Positions 39,875 through 49,913 of a stretch of DNA of 64,000 bases are shown one piece after another. How positions within the stretch are numbered: the stretch's first letter is position 1; the number at the start of each line of letters is the position of its first letter. Position numbers and translations under genes: made by a program. The DNA is from Terriglobia bacterium (GTDB lineage: Bacteria; Acidobacteriota; Terriglobia; 2-12-FULL-54-10), in assembly GCA_963666975.2 (NCBI GenBank), contig CAXVYR010000003.1, forward strand, positions 960,001 through 1,024,000. The letters are read 5' to 3'. The notes under the pieces were generated by a model. The model was not told the DNA's origin and made no database searches. It was given only the letters and a program-made list of their open reading frames with translations.

Positions 39875-41116
39875 TTACTCCGTGTAGCGCTTAAACAGCA
39901 AGGAGGCGTTGGTCCCTCCAAATCCGAAGGAGTTGCTGAGGACGTATTCCAGTTGGCTCGGGCGGGCTTGGTTGGGAACATAATCGAGGTCGCATTCCGG
40001 GTCCGGCGTCTCGTAGTTGATGGTCGGGGGGATGATTTGATCCCGGAGGGTCAGCACGGCAAAGCCGGCCTCCAATCCTCCGGCCCCGCCGAGCAAGTGT
40101 CCTGTCATGGACTTGGTGGAGCTGACAGCCAATTGATTGGCGTGCTCCCCGAACAAGCGCCTAATCGCCATCGTTTCCAGCTTGTCGTTAAACGGCGTCG
40201 AGGTGCCGTGGGCATTGATGCACTTCACTTGCTCCGGGCTCACCTGGGCGTCGGCCAGCGTGTTGCTCATCACCCGGTAGGCGCCGTCCCCGTTTTCGGA
40301 GGGCTGAGTGATATGAAATGCATCTCCGGACATGCCGTAACCGACCACCTCGGCCAGAATGCGGGCTCCGCGCTTGCGGGCAAACTCCAGGTCCTCCAGC
40401 ACCAGAATGCCGGCGCCCTCGCCGATGATGAATCCATCCCGGGTTTTGTCGAAGGGGCGGCTGGCCCGGGCCGGCTCGTCGTTGCGGGTGGAGAGAGCAC
40501 GCATGGAGGCGAAACCGCCAACCGACAGCGGAGTAATGGCGGCCTCTGCGCCGCCGCAGATCATGACGTCCGCGTCACAACGGGAAATCAGCTTGAAGGC
40601 GTCCCCGACGGCGTGAGCGCCGGAGGAGCAGGCCGTGCAGGGAGCGGAGTTCGGACCCTTGGCGCCGTGCCGGATAGAAACGTTTCCCGCCGCCAAGTTC
40701 ACGATGGTGGCCGGAATAAAAAAAGGCGAAATCTTTCGCGGCCCTCCTGCCAGCAAGGCGCTGTGCTCGCGCTCAATCACATCGAACCCTCCGATTCCTG
40801 AGCCAATAAAAACTCCCGTGCGCTCGGCCATTGCGGGGGTAATTTCCAGGCCTGCTTGTTGCATGGCAAAATCGGAGGCTGCCAGGGCATATTGAATAAA
40901 TAGCCCCATCTTTTTTACTTCTTTCTTTCCAATAAACTGGAGCGGGTCGAACCCCTTGACTTCGCCGGCGATTTTGCAAGCAAATTGCTCCGTGTTGAAG
41001 CGGGTGATGGACGTAATTCCCGGCTGGCCTTTTATAATTGCCTGCCAGCTCTCCTCGGTTCCGATCCCTAAGGCCGAAACCAGACCCACTCCGGTAACAA
41101 CAACTCGTTTGGACAA
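39875..41116 (-). CDS. fabF: Beta-ketoacyl-ACP synthase II
   Basis: Motifs TACSSG, NAHGTST, GHLLG and SNSFGFGG. Confidence 0.97.
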   Translation of the reverse strand: MSKRVVVTGVGLVSALGIGTEESWQAIIKGQPGITSITRFNTEQFACKIAGEVKGFDPLQFIGKKEVKKMGLFIQYALAASDFAMQQAGLEITPAMAERTGVFIGSGIGGFDVIEREHSALLAGGPRKISPFFIPATIVNLAAGNVSIRHGAKGPNSAPCTACSSGAHAVGDAFKLISRCDADVMICGGAEAAITPLSVGGFASMRALSTRNDEPARASRPFDKTRDGFIIGEGAGILVLEDLEFARKRGARILAEVVGYGMSGDAFHITQPSENGDGAYRVMSNTLADAQVSPEQVKCINAHGTSTPFNDKLETMAIRRLFGEHANQLAVSSTKSMTGHLLGGAGGLEAGFAVLTLRDQIIPPTINYETPDPECDLDYVPNQARPSQLEYVLSNSFGFGGTNASLLFKRYTE

Positions 41117-41367
41117 CTTGCTTGCTCCTTCTCTCCGGAGAACTGCGACTTGCCGGACGGCTGTTACAACCGGACGGCCCCGGCGAACAACTCCACCGGC
41201 GTCTTTGCTCCTCGCTCATCGACTACGCGCGCCTGGACGGCTGCCTCGCAGGATCAACAGGCCTCTTAGTCCATTGCCCCACCGATCCTGCAATCCAGGG
41301 ATCAATCGATCTGCCGATTCGCCGATCTCCAGACGGCAGATCCTTCCCTGGTGGAGCGCAGCGCAGT

Positions 41368-41607
41368 TCAAGTCTTGGCGCGCGCCTGGATGTAATCTAT
41401 GGCCTGCTTGACCGTCAATATCTTCTCTGCAGCATCATCGGGGATATCGATTTCAAAGGCCTCTTCCAGGGCCATCACCAACTCCACCGTATCCAGCGAA
41501 TCTGCTCCCAAATCGTCGACGAATGATGCGGTGGGTGTCACCTCCGCCTCGTCAACCCCAAGTTGCTCCACAATAATCTGCTTTACTTTCTCTTCAACAG
41601 AGGCCAT
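41368..41607 (-). CDS. acpP: Acyl carrier protein
   Basis: [18 protein letters not shown]. Confidence 0.98.
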   Translation of the reverse strand: MASVEEKVKQIIVEQLGVDEAEVTPTASFVDDLGADSLDTVELVMALEEAFEIDIPDDAAEKILTVKQAIDYIQARAKT

Positions 41608-42120
41608 GCCCCCTCCCTCTCATATTGTAATTCTCAAATTCTCGACAACCGGCAGGAGCCAGCCGCACATTCCTTCCGGAGCGATTCCCATCCTTGGAAC
41701 CTAATCCATATACATTACACCGACATTATGGAACGAAGCGACAGATTCTAATCGCTCTACCCAGGCGGGTCAAGCCTGCGGACCAATTCAGGCAATCTTT
41801 AATTCGCATACATTGTTGCACCTTGCAGCAATCTCGCCAGCCAACCCCTCTACTCAGCGGCGATTTCAGTCCCGGATGCCGCCCTAAGAAAAAAGCTGTT
41901 GCAAACAGTATCCAAGCTCGTTCCATGTTATCCGGGACTGTTATCCCGCGAACCATGCGGCGGGAACCTTCGCCTCCGATATCGTGAACTCCTCCCGCCA
42001 CTCCTCCATAGTCCTCAAAAACATGTGCGGTTATTAGTTTACTACCGAACCGCATGGAAAATTCGATCATCGGCGCCAATTAGGGAAAAGCCTGCCATTT
42101 GTATCCACCGCCTGACCTCC

Positions 42121-42330
42121 CCCTGACGGCCCACCCTCCGGTGTTTAGTTGCGGAGGGGGCTCACCACCTAAAGGCTCTGGGCCGCAGGGGCAGTCTAAG
42201 CCGAAACAAGGCGTTACTAAACCAGCGTCTGGAAGCTAACATTGAGGCCGGGCAGTAAGCGCCGAACTGCCCATTTCGCCAGCGAGGCAGGGGCACGAAG
42301 AGGCCAAACGGAAACGCCCGCCGCCATTCG
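42121..42330. ncRNA. Candidate structured RNA (unassigned)
   Basis: Several GC stems and a loop complementary to a distal segment, in the intergenic region between divergent genes. See findings. Confidence 0.35.
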
Positions 42331-42450
42331 AGCAACGTTAGCAAAGTAGTAACCCGCCGATCTGATATTTTCAGACAGAAAGCCCTTCCCTTTTTTATCA
42401 TTCCCGTTACAATACAAACCGAGCGGATCTCCCAAAAAGGAATTCACCTG

Positions 42451-43188
42451 ATGCTTCCCGCGGTCTTTGCCGTATTTCTTGCCCTGGCCCCCCAGTCTGG
42501 TGAGCGCATGGACTACGTGCTGTCGCAACTCGCCAGAAACGGCTTTTCGCGCCAGGAAGCCGAGGCGTTCTTCCAGGACCCCCGCCTGAAACTCTACCCG
42601 ACTCGAACCGTGCAGCCCCGGAAGATCGACTGGGATAAAATCATCGCCCGTTTGGTTTCGCCGGCGTCGGTGAAACGGGGAAAGAGCTTTCTCCTTCAGC
42701 ATCACGGCCCGTTGCTGGCAGCAGAGGAGAAATTCGGCGTTCCCAAAGGGGTGATCGCCGCACTACTGGGCCTGGAGAGCAACTTCGGCAAGAACACCGG
42801 CAGCTATATCACCTTCAACATTTTCTATACTGCTCTGCTGCGGCGCGAAGAGGAAAAACGGTGGAAATGGGCGGGCGATAATTTGGCGTCGCTGGCCGCT
42901 TATTGCCGGGACATCAACAGCGACTGCTTTGAAATCCAGGGCTCTTATGGCGGGGCGCTGGGCCCGGCGCAGTTTCTTCCGCAGTCTGTAGAAAATTTCG
43001 GTTATGACGGGAACGGGGACAGCCTCGTGAATCCGTTCGACATTCACGACGCCATTTTCAGCGCAGCCAATTTCCTGGTGAAACACGGCTGGCAGGAAGG
43101 CCACGCGAAAGCGCTGGGAAGATACTACGGCTCCAGCCAGGGCTATCCGCGCGCCGTTCTTGCCTACGCCGAGGCCATCCAGCAGTAG
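42451..43188 (+). CDS. Lytic murein transglycosylase (MltB/SLT_2-like)
   Basis: Motifs LGLESNFG, GSYGGALGPAQFLP, DGNGD, DAIFSAANFL and YPRAV. Confidence 0.88.
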   Translation: MLPAVFAVFLALAPQSGERMDYVLSQLARNGFSRQEAEAFFQDPRLKLYPTRTVQPRKIDWDKIIARLVSPASVKRGKSFLLQHHGPLLAAEEKFGVPKGVIAALLGLESNFGKNTGSYITFNIFYTALLRREEEKRWKWAGDNLASLAAYCRDINSDCFEIQGSYGGALGPAQFLPQSVENFGYDGNGDSLVNPFDIHDAIFSAANFLVKHGWQEGHAKALGRYYGSSQGYPRAVLAYAEAIQQ

Positions 43189-43241
43189 CAGTTTCCGTCG
43201 AGCCCAATCCCGGCATCCCGCCGTCCACAATCGCATGGCGA

Positions 43242-45719
43242 TTAGAGGTCCAGCTTGCGCAGGCGCAAGGCGTTGGTGATGACGGAAACGGAACTGAACG
43301 TCATGGCGACGCTGGCGAAGATGGGGCTGAGCAGCAATCCAAAAACAGGATAGAGCACGCCCGCCGCTATGGGAACACCCACCGAGTTATAAATAAACGC
43401 GAAGAAAAGATTCTGGCGGATGTTGCGCATCGTGCCCCGGCTCAGACGCCGCGCGCGCGCAATGCCTCGCAGGTCGCCCTTCACCAGCGTCACCCCGGCG
43501 CTCTCCATCGCAATATCGGTCCCGGTGCCCATGGCGATTCCGACATGCGCCTGGGCCAGGGCCGGTGCGTCGTTGATGCCGTCGCCTGCCATGGCCACGA
43601 TGCGCCCCTCAGCCTGTAGCCGCTTGATCTCTTGGCTTTTTTGTTCCGGCAATACCCCCGCTCTCACCTCATCAATTCCCAGTGTTCGTGCCACGGCCTC
43701 CGCCGTGGTTTGATTGTCCCCGCTGAGCATCGCGATGCGGACTCCCTCCTGGTGCAGCATCCGGATCGCTTCCAGTGTTGTATCTTTTACCGGGTCGGCC
43801 ACGCTAACCAGTCCCGCCGAGCGGCCGTCGACAGCGAGAAACATCACCGTCTGACCGTCACGGCGCAGGGCCTCAGCACGGTCACCCAAAACCCCGACAT
43901 CAGCGCCCATCTCTTCCAGCAGCTTGCGGTTGCCCAGGACCACCCTTCGTCCATCAACCGTTCCCGTGACGCCCTTCCCCGTCACCGACTGGAAGTCGCC
44001 GACATCGGAGAGTTTCACTCCCCTTTCCCGCGCGCCCGCCAGGATAGCCGCTGCCAGGGGATGCTCGCTTCCCCGCTCCAGACTGGCGGCCAGGCGCAGG
44101 ACATCTTCTTCACTCCATCCCTCCAAAGCCGCTACGGAGGTGAGACGGGGCTTGCCCTCGGTCAGCGTGCCCGTCTTGTCCACTACCAGCGTATCCACTT
44201 TCTCCAAAATTTCCAGAGCTTCCGCGTTCCGGATCAGCACGCCCGCCCCCGCGCCTCGCCCGGTCCCCACCATGATGGACATCGGCGTAGCTAGTCCCAG
44301 CGCGCAAGGGCACGCAATGATGAGCACGGCCACGGCGCTGAGCAGCGCGTAGGCCATGCGCGGCTCCGGCCCTACCAAGCTCCAGACAATGAAGGTGATT
44401 ACGGCGACCGCCACCACGGCGGGCACGAAATAAGAGGCCACAACGTCCGCCAGCCGCTGGATCGGTGCGCGCGTGCGCTGGGCCTCGCTCACCATGCGCA
44501 CGATCTGGGCGAGCAGCGTGTCACTGCCGACGCGCTCGGCCCGCATCACCAAGCTGCCCGTTCCATTGATGGTGCCGCCGACCACGCGGCTTCCCTCAGC
44601 CTTCTCCGCAGGAATCGGCTCGCCGGTGACCATCGATTCATCGACAGCGCTTTTTCCCTCAACAACCACGCCATCCACCGGCACCTTCTCTCCAGGGCGA
44701 ACCCGGAGGCGGTCCCCAACCTGGACACGGTCCAGCGGGATGTCCTTCTCGGTCCCGTCGTCACCCAGCAAGCGGGCCGTCTTCGGGGCGAGACCCAAGA
44801 GAGCCTTGATGGCGCTCGATGTCCGGCTGCGGGCGCGAGTTTCGAGCACCTGCCCCAGAAGGACCAGCGTGGTAATCACTGCGGCCGCTTCAAAGTACAC
44901 CGCTACTTCCCCGCCCTCGCCTCGGAACGCCTCCGGGAAAATCCCTGGTGAGAGCGTAGCGACCACGCTGTATGTGTAGGCCGTCCCGGTGCCGATGGCG
45001 ATGAGCGTAAACATGTTCAGGCTGCGGTAAACGAACGAAGTCCAGCAACGCTGAAAGAAAGGCCAGCCGCCCCAGAGCACGACCGGTGTGGAGAGCGCGA
45101 ACTGAATCCAGTTGGCGGCGCTGTCGGAAAACAAGCGGCTGACCGGCTGGCCGGGAAACATGTCCGCCATCGCCAGCAGCAGCACCGGCACCGACAGCGC
45201 CAGGCTCACGCGGAAGCGGCGGGTCATGTTTACCAGTTCCGGGTTGACCTCCTCCTCCACCGTGGCCACTCGCGGTTCCAGCGCCATGCCGCAAACGGGG
45301 CAGGACCCCGGCTCCGCGCTCACCACCTCCGGGTGCATTGGACAAACGTACTCGGTCCTCGTCAAAGGAACCGCGCCAAGCATCGGCTCCAGCGCCATGC
45401 CGCATTTCGGGCATGGCCCAGGTCCTTCTTGCTGAACCTCCGGGTCCATGGGGCAAGTGTACAGGCTTGCTTTACCCGCAGGTTGCTTCGCTCCGGTCGC
45501 TGCGGGAGTTTCGAGCATAACGAGCCCCGCCGGTCGTCCCAGGAATTCCCCAGGTTCAGCGCGAAACTTCTCCATGCAGTGCGAACAGCAGAAGTAATAG
45601 GTCTGCCCTTCGTGCTCATGCCGGGCGGCGGCAGACTCCGGCTTTACATCCATGCCGCAGACCGGGTCCTTTACGGCTTGATCCTGTGCTGGGTGGTGAG
45701 CGTGTTCGTGGTGGCTCAT
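43242..45719 (-). CDS. copA: Copper-type P1B ATPase with YHS and two heavy-metal-binding domains
   Basis: DPVCGM/YYFCC, two YxCPMxPE motifs, [23 protein letters not shown] and YN. Confidence 0.92.
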   Translation of the reverse strand: MSHHEHAHHPAQDQAVKDPVCGMDVKPESAAARHEHEGQTYYFCCSHCMEKFRAEPGEFLGRPAGLVMLETPAATGAKQPAGKASLYTCPMDPEVQQEGPGPCPKCGMALEPMLGAVPLTRTEYVCPMHPEVVSAEPGSCPVCGMALEPRVATVEEEVNPELVNMTRRFRVSLALSVPVLLLAMADMFPGQPVSRLFSDSAANWIQFALSTPVVLWGGWPFFQRCWTSFVYRSLNMFTLIAIGTGTAYTYSVVATLSPGIFPEAFRGEGGEVAVYFEAAAVITTLVLLGQVLETRARSRTSSAIKALLGLAPKTARLLGDDGTEKDIPLDRVQVGDRLRVRPGEKVPVDGVVVEGKSAVDESMVTGEPIPAEKAEGSRVVGGTINGTGSLVMRAERVGSDTLLAQIVRMVSEAQRTRAPIQRLADVVASYFVPAVVAVAVITFIVWSLVGPEPRMAYALLSAVAVLIIACPCALGLATPMSIMVGTGRGAGAGVLIRNAEALEILEKVDTLVVDKTGTLTEGKPRLTSVAALEGWSEEDVLRLAASLERGSEHPLAAAILAGARERGVKLSDVGDFQSVTGKGVTGTVDGRRVVLGNRKLLEEMGADVGVLGDRAEALRRDGQTVMFLAVDGRSAGLVSVADPVKDTTLEAIRMLHQEGVRIAMLSGDNQTTAEAVARTLGIDEVRAGVLPEQKSQEIKRLQAEGRIVAMAGDGINDAPALAQAHVGIAMGTGTDIAMESAGVTLVKGDLRGIARARRLSRGTMRNIRQNLFFAFIYNSVGVPIAAGVLYPVFGLLLSPIFASVAMTFSSVSVITNALRLRKLDL

Positions 45720-46090
45720 GGCAAGACCTCTACTACATTGTAGGGATCAAGTGTAATAGGCTACCACTGCGAATGCCAGAATGATAAAAATGATAAAAGA
45801 GAGTGGTTAACGTGGGTGGCGGGACATTTTAGAACTTCAGGCGGCGTTCCAGCAATTTCATTTTTCGTTTGGGAAGATCGCTGACCAGCTTCTGCCGCAT
45901 TCTGGCAAACCGATGGATAAAAAAACACCCTGCTACGACTGCCAGGTCCGCATTCCCAAGGGCGAGCAACCCTTTTCATTTCTTCCTGGCAATCACAACA
46001 GGGTGGTTTAGGTTTAACCAATCGTCTGTTTTGAACCGTCTATGGTTAAGCACGTCCATGCCCATTCCTGGACTCACGCCACTGGCGAAA

Positions 46091-46103
46091 AATCAATAAG
46101 TTA
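46091..46103. promoter_or_regulatory. IHF consensus site
   Basis: AATCAATAAGTTA matches WATCAANNNNTTR. It lies between the sigma-54 activator gene and a GG-N10-GC motif. Confidence 0.5.
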
Positions 46104-46166
46104 GCGGGCTAACCCTGCACACCGCCTGCCTTGCGCCGTATCGGATGGACTCGCACCGTGTCAAAA

Positions 46167-47519
46167 TTAAACAGTTCGCATCTTCTCGATCTTCCGGTAC
46201 AGCGTTTTCCTTTCGATCCCCAGTATCTCGGCAGCGCGCGTTTTATTCCCGTGAGTGGCTTCAAGCACTCTGCGGATATGTTCCTCTTCGGCCTCTGCCA
46301 AGCTATCGGACGACGGGGAATCCTTGCCGCCGGGGTCCAGGGCAGCCAGGGCGCTGCGGAAAGCCTGCTCGTCCACCACGCCTCCCGGATGGAGAATGGC
46401 CAGCCGCTCCAGTATGTTCAGCAGTTGGCGGATGTTGCCGGGCCAGTGATAACTGAGGGCCAGCTTCATGGCGTCAGGATCCAGGATGACTTGCCGCCGC
46501 AAGCGCCGCTGGAAAATTTCCAGGAAGTGCTCCACCAGCACGGCAATATCCTGGCTGCGCTCCCGAAGCGGCGGCAGGCCAATGGATGCGACGTTGAGGC
46601 GGTACCAGAGATCCTCGCGAAATTTCTTTTCCGCCACCAGGAGCCTCAGGTTGCGGTTGGTGGCCGCCAGCACACGGACGTTGACCGGGCGGGCCGTCGC
46701 GGAGCCCACCGGACGAATCTCGCGCTCCTGCAGGAACCGTAGCAGGCGCATTTGAAACGCCGGATCGATGTCGCCGATCTCATCCAGGAAGACCGTGCCC
46801 CCGTCGGCGCTTTCGAGCATTCCCATGCGGTCGCGGTCCGCGCCCGTATAGGCTCCGCGCACTGCTCCGAACAGCTCCGTTTCAAGAAGCGTGCCGGCCA
46901 GCGCGCCGCAATCGACAACGGCAAAGCGGCCTTTTCGCCGGGGACTGCTTTCATGGATCATCCGTGCCACCAGCTCCTTGCCCGTCCCCGTCTCCCCTTC
47001 CAGCAGCACGGTGGTATCCGCCTCCGCCACGCGGGAGACGAATTTGTACACCTCCACCATGGCAGGCGAGTTGCCGATCAGAGCAGGCAAAGAAGCATCG
47101 CTTGTGCCATCCGGCAAACCGGCAGATGCATCGGTGGCAGAAGCAGCCGATTGCGCCAAGGCGGCTTCCGCGTTCCTTACCGCCTGAACCATTCGCTCCA
47201 GCGAAAAGGGCTTTGAAATATAGTCGAAGGCTCCTTCGCGCGTCGCCTCCAGAACGGTCTCGAAAGACCCCTTGCCCGTTATCAGGATCACCGCACACTG
47301 GGGATTGAAGGCGCGCGCCCGCCGCAGAATATCGAGGCCGGTGCGCTCGTCCAGAAAGATGTCGGAGATGACGATAGGAAACTCGGTTGCCGCCAGATGT
47401 TCCAGAGCTTCTTCGCTGCTACGCGCCTCCCGAACCGGATAGCCTTCCGCATCGAGCAGCGTCTTGACCATCTCAGCGACGGCGGGATCATCTTCGACGA
47501 CTAGGATTAACGGCTTCAT
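46167..47519 (-). CDS. Sigma-54-dependent NtrC-family response regulator
   Basis: REC domain, GETGTGKE, ELFG..RGAYTGA and a Fis HTH. Alternative start at 47546. Confidence 0.95.
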   Translation of the reverse strand: MKPLILVVEDDPAVAEMVKTLLDAEGYPVREARSSEEALEHLAATEFPIVISDIFLDERTGLDILRRARAFNPQCAVILITGKGSFETVLEATREGAFDYISKPFSLERMVQAVRNAEAALAQSAASATDASAGLPDGTSDASLPALIGNSPAMVEVYKFVSRVAEADTTVLLEGETGTGKELVARMIHESSPRRKGRFAVVDCGALAGTLLETELFGAVRGAYTGADRDRMGMLESADGGTVFLDEIGDIDPAFQMRLLRFLQEREIRPVGSATARPVNVRVLAATNRNLRLLVAEKKFREDLWYRLNVASIGLPPLRERSQDIAVLVEHFLEIFQRRLRRQVILDPDAMKLALSYHWPGNIRQLLNILERLAILHPGGVVDEQAFRSALAALDPGGKDSPSSDSLAEAEEEHIRRVLEATHGNKTRAAEILGIERKTLYRKIEKMRTV

Positions 47520-47563
47520 TACCTTTATTCGCGGTTCACCATTCAAAATTCAAAGTTCAAAGT

Positions 47564-49534
47564 TCACCGGGCAACTTGATCCTGCCTGCCTTGTGTATCC
47601 GGCCGCGGAGTGCCTGCCCGGAGCGGCGCTGCCGGGAGAAAAATAGAAAAGCGGGAGCCTGCTCCAGGCTTTGTCTCGAGCTTCACGTCCCCGCCATGAT
47701 GGCGGGCGATCTCCCGCGCGATGGCAAGCCCCAAGCCGAAGCCGGGCGTTGCGGAATGCTCAGCCGTCTTGGTGCGAAAAAAGCGGCCAAAGACCCGGCT
47801 GCTTTCCTCCTGGGTCATACCCGGCCCGCTGTCAGAGATATGCACGGCGACGCGGGTGGCCTGGCGCTCCAGCGAGAAACGCACGGAGTTTCCCGCAGGA
47901 CTATATTTCACTGCGTTGGTTAGCAGGTTGCTCACAGCAAACTCCAACAGCTCCGGGTCGGCTTCGATGACCATTTCGGAAACCACATCTTCCCGGACCA
48001 GTCGCACCTGCTTTCGCTCAGCCAGCGGACGAAGGCGGTCAACGGTCATCTCCAGAACAGAAACAAGATTCACCGCGACCCGTTGCAACTCCATTTCTCC
48101 CGCCGCGAGCCTCTCCACGCTCAAGAACCGTTCCACCAACTTGCCCAGTCGCTGCGACTCCTGGTAAATAAGATCGACGATCTGTTTTCGCTTGGCTTCG
48201 TCCAAAGGGTACCGGCTGAGCAACTCGCTGGAGCCCTGAATGGCCGTCAGAGGCGAGCGGATCTCGTGAGTGGCCATTTCAAACTGCTGCTGCGATCGCT
48301 GCCGTCTGGCCTCCGATTCGGTGAATTTCCGGCGCGCTGAGAACAGTTGGTATGCACCGCACCCCACCAGAGTGGTCCCGAACGGCAGCCACAGCGAAAA
48401 CGCGGGCCACACATGCCCGGCGAGGAAAAGCCGGTAGGGGACAAGCAGAATCAGCAAACCGAATCCGGTTAACAGACCCACCAGCCGGAAACCTTGGAAG
48501 CGGGCCAGCACCCAGGCGGTTGCCAGCGCGATCCCGAACACCGCCAACAACACATTGAAATCGCCCGCGGGCCGCAGGTAATCCTCCGTCAGTAGGGTGC
48601 GCAGAATGTTGGCGTGAATCTCCACGCCCGCCATTCCCAACCCCGCCGAGAAGGGAGTAAACAGCCGGTCTCCCGTAGCCTGGGCCGTTACGCCGAGCAG
48701 AACGATCTTGCCGCGCAGCCGGTCCTCTCCAATTCCATCTTCTTCCAACAAAAGGCTTGCCAGACTAACCTGCGGAAAGGTTCCTTCGCCTCCGGCGTAG
48801 TTGATCAGCAGGGACCGCTGCCCGCGCCGCGTAGCCGGCACCTGCACGACGCCTTGAGGAAAATCGCGGGCGGCTGGGCTGTCCTCCCTAGCTTGAACGA
48901 GTGCTTTGCCGTCAACAGCCACCTCCAGCGCTCGGTCGGTCTCCGTGACCGGCTCGCCCGGCGCGCCGAGCAAGAGCCGGTAACATTCCAGTGCCAGGGC
49001 CCAATAACGCTGCCCGTCCCCCTGCTTTGCCAGCAGCACTTGCCGGTTGATGCCGTCCGAACCGGGGTCGGCGTGAGCATGCCCCAAAGCGTCGGCTTGC
49101 TCAGCAAATTCGGGCAATGGGTGGAGCCATCTCCTTCCGCTGCCCGCCTCCAAAGCTGTGGTGAGCACCACGGGAGCCGCCCCGGCCAGGACGCGCGCTA
49201 AATCACTGTCGGCTTCCGAAGTGGAGCGATCTACCAGCAGAAGGTCAACGGCAAGGAGACGCGGGCGGGCCTGCTGAATTTTCTGAATGCCTTGCGCCAG
49301 TAAAGAGCGATCCAGAGGCAAGGCGCCATAACGAGCCAGCGTGGCATCGTCGATGGCGACAATGACGATATTCTCTCCGGCAGTCCGCGCGCCGCGCTGC
49401 CGGAAGAACCGGTCATAGAAGATATGGTTGATCCGGCCAGCGTAGGCACTCCATCCGAGAAGTATCGAGAAGGCTAGACAAACAAACGCCAGTCCTGTGT
49501 ATGCCAGCACTTGCTTGGAAAGGCGATTCATCAT
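47564..49534 (-). CDS. CHASE2-domain sensor histidine kinase
   Basis: CHASE2 motifs IVAIDDATL and GVEIHANIL, 3 TMs, then HEIRSPL, NAVKY and GFGLGL. Confidence 0.93.
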   Translation of the reverse strand: MMNRLSKQVLAYTGLAFVCLAFSILLGWSAYAGRINHIFYDRFFRQRGARTAGENIVIVAIDDATLARYGALPLDRSLLAQGIQKIQQARPRLLAVDLLLVDRSTSEADSDLARVLAGAAPVVLTTALEAGSGRRWLHPLPEFAEQADALGHAHADPGSDGINRQVLLAKQGDGQRYWALALECYRLLLGAPGEPVTETDRALEVAVDGKALVQAREDSPAARDFPQGVVQVPATRRGQRSLLINYAGGEGTFPQVSLASLLLEEDGIGEDRLRGKIVLLGVTAQATGDRLFTPFSAGLGMAGVEIHANILRTLLTEDYLRPAGDFNVLLAVFGIALATAWVLARFQGFRLVGLLTGFGLLILLVPYRLFLAGHVWPAFSLWLPFGTTLVGCGAYQLFSARRKFTESEARRQRSQQQFEMATHEIRSPLTAIQGSSELLSRYPLDEAKRKQIVDLIYQESQRLGKLVERFLSVERLAAGEMELQRVAVNLVSVLEMTVDRLRPLAERKQVRLVREDVVSEMVIEADPELLEFAVSNLLTNAVKYSPAGNSVRFSLERQATRVAVHISDSGPGMTQEESSRVFGRFFRTKTAEHSATPGFGLGLAIAREIARHHGGDVKLETKPGAGSRFSIFLPAAPLRAGTPRPDTQGRQDQVAR

Positions 49535-49650
49535 GAGGTTTCGACACGCAGTAAACTTTCATCTTATCAAAAAACGGACTGTCACTCAGGCTGTCAATGG
49601 CTGATCTGCCGGAGGTTCCCGCCCAGCAGACAAAAGGGCGCTGCTTCCCT

Positions 49651-49684
49651 AAAAAACAAAAGGGCTGGTGAACACCACCAGCCC
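49651..49684 (-). terminator. Intrinsic terminator
   Basis: GGGCTGGTG-GTGTT-CACCAGCCC followed by TTTTGTTTTTT on the minus strand. Confidence 0.8.
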
Positions 49685-49748
49685 CCTGCAAAACGCACTG
49701 AAGTCCATCCCCCCGGCGTCCTTCAGTTCGGTTTCACAGCCAAACGGC
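49651..49748 (-). ncRNA. Candidate ~100-nt small RNA
   Basis: Upstream sigma70-like promoter, ACUGAAG/CUUCAGU hairpin with a G-rich loop, own terminator, no credible ORF. Confidence 0.55.
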
Positions 49749-49752
49749 CTTC

Positions 49753-49781
49753 ACTTTAACGGTGCGAATCTTTTGAGGCAA
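49753..49781 (-). promoter_or_regulatory. Sigma70-like promoter
   Basis: TTGCCT-N17-TAAAGT. Confidence 0.5.
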
Positions 49782-49913
49782 TGGACCGATGGTCACATTT
49801 CCGATAGTGCAAACGTACTATTAGTCCTAATACCACTATCAATGGTCCCGTTACTTCTATGCTGGGAGGAAGTCTCCTCAATTGCTCTTAAGCATCCCGC
49901 ATTCCTGCGCTTT

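Noticed and set aside
41726-42079. 117-aa minus-strand ORF upstream of acpP
   Set aside because: No clear RBS or start and no recognisable motif. It cannot be excluded but is not supportable.
42150-42275. c-di-AMP (ydaO) or cobalamin riboswitch before the transglycosylase
   Set aside because: Only scattered short words match (GCTAAC, CCGCAAC). The conserved cores are absent.
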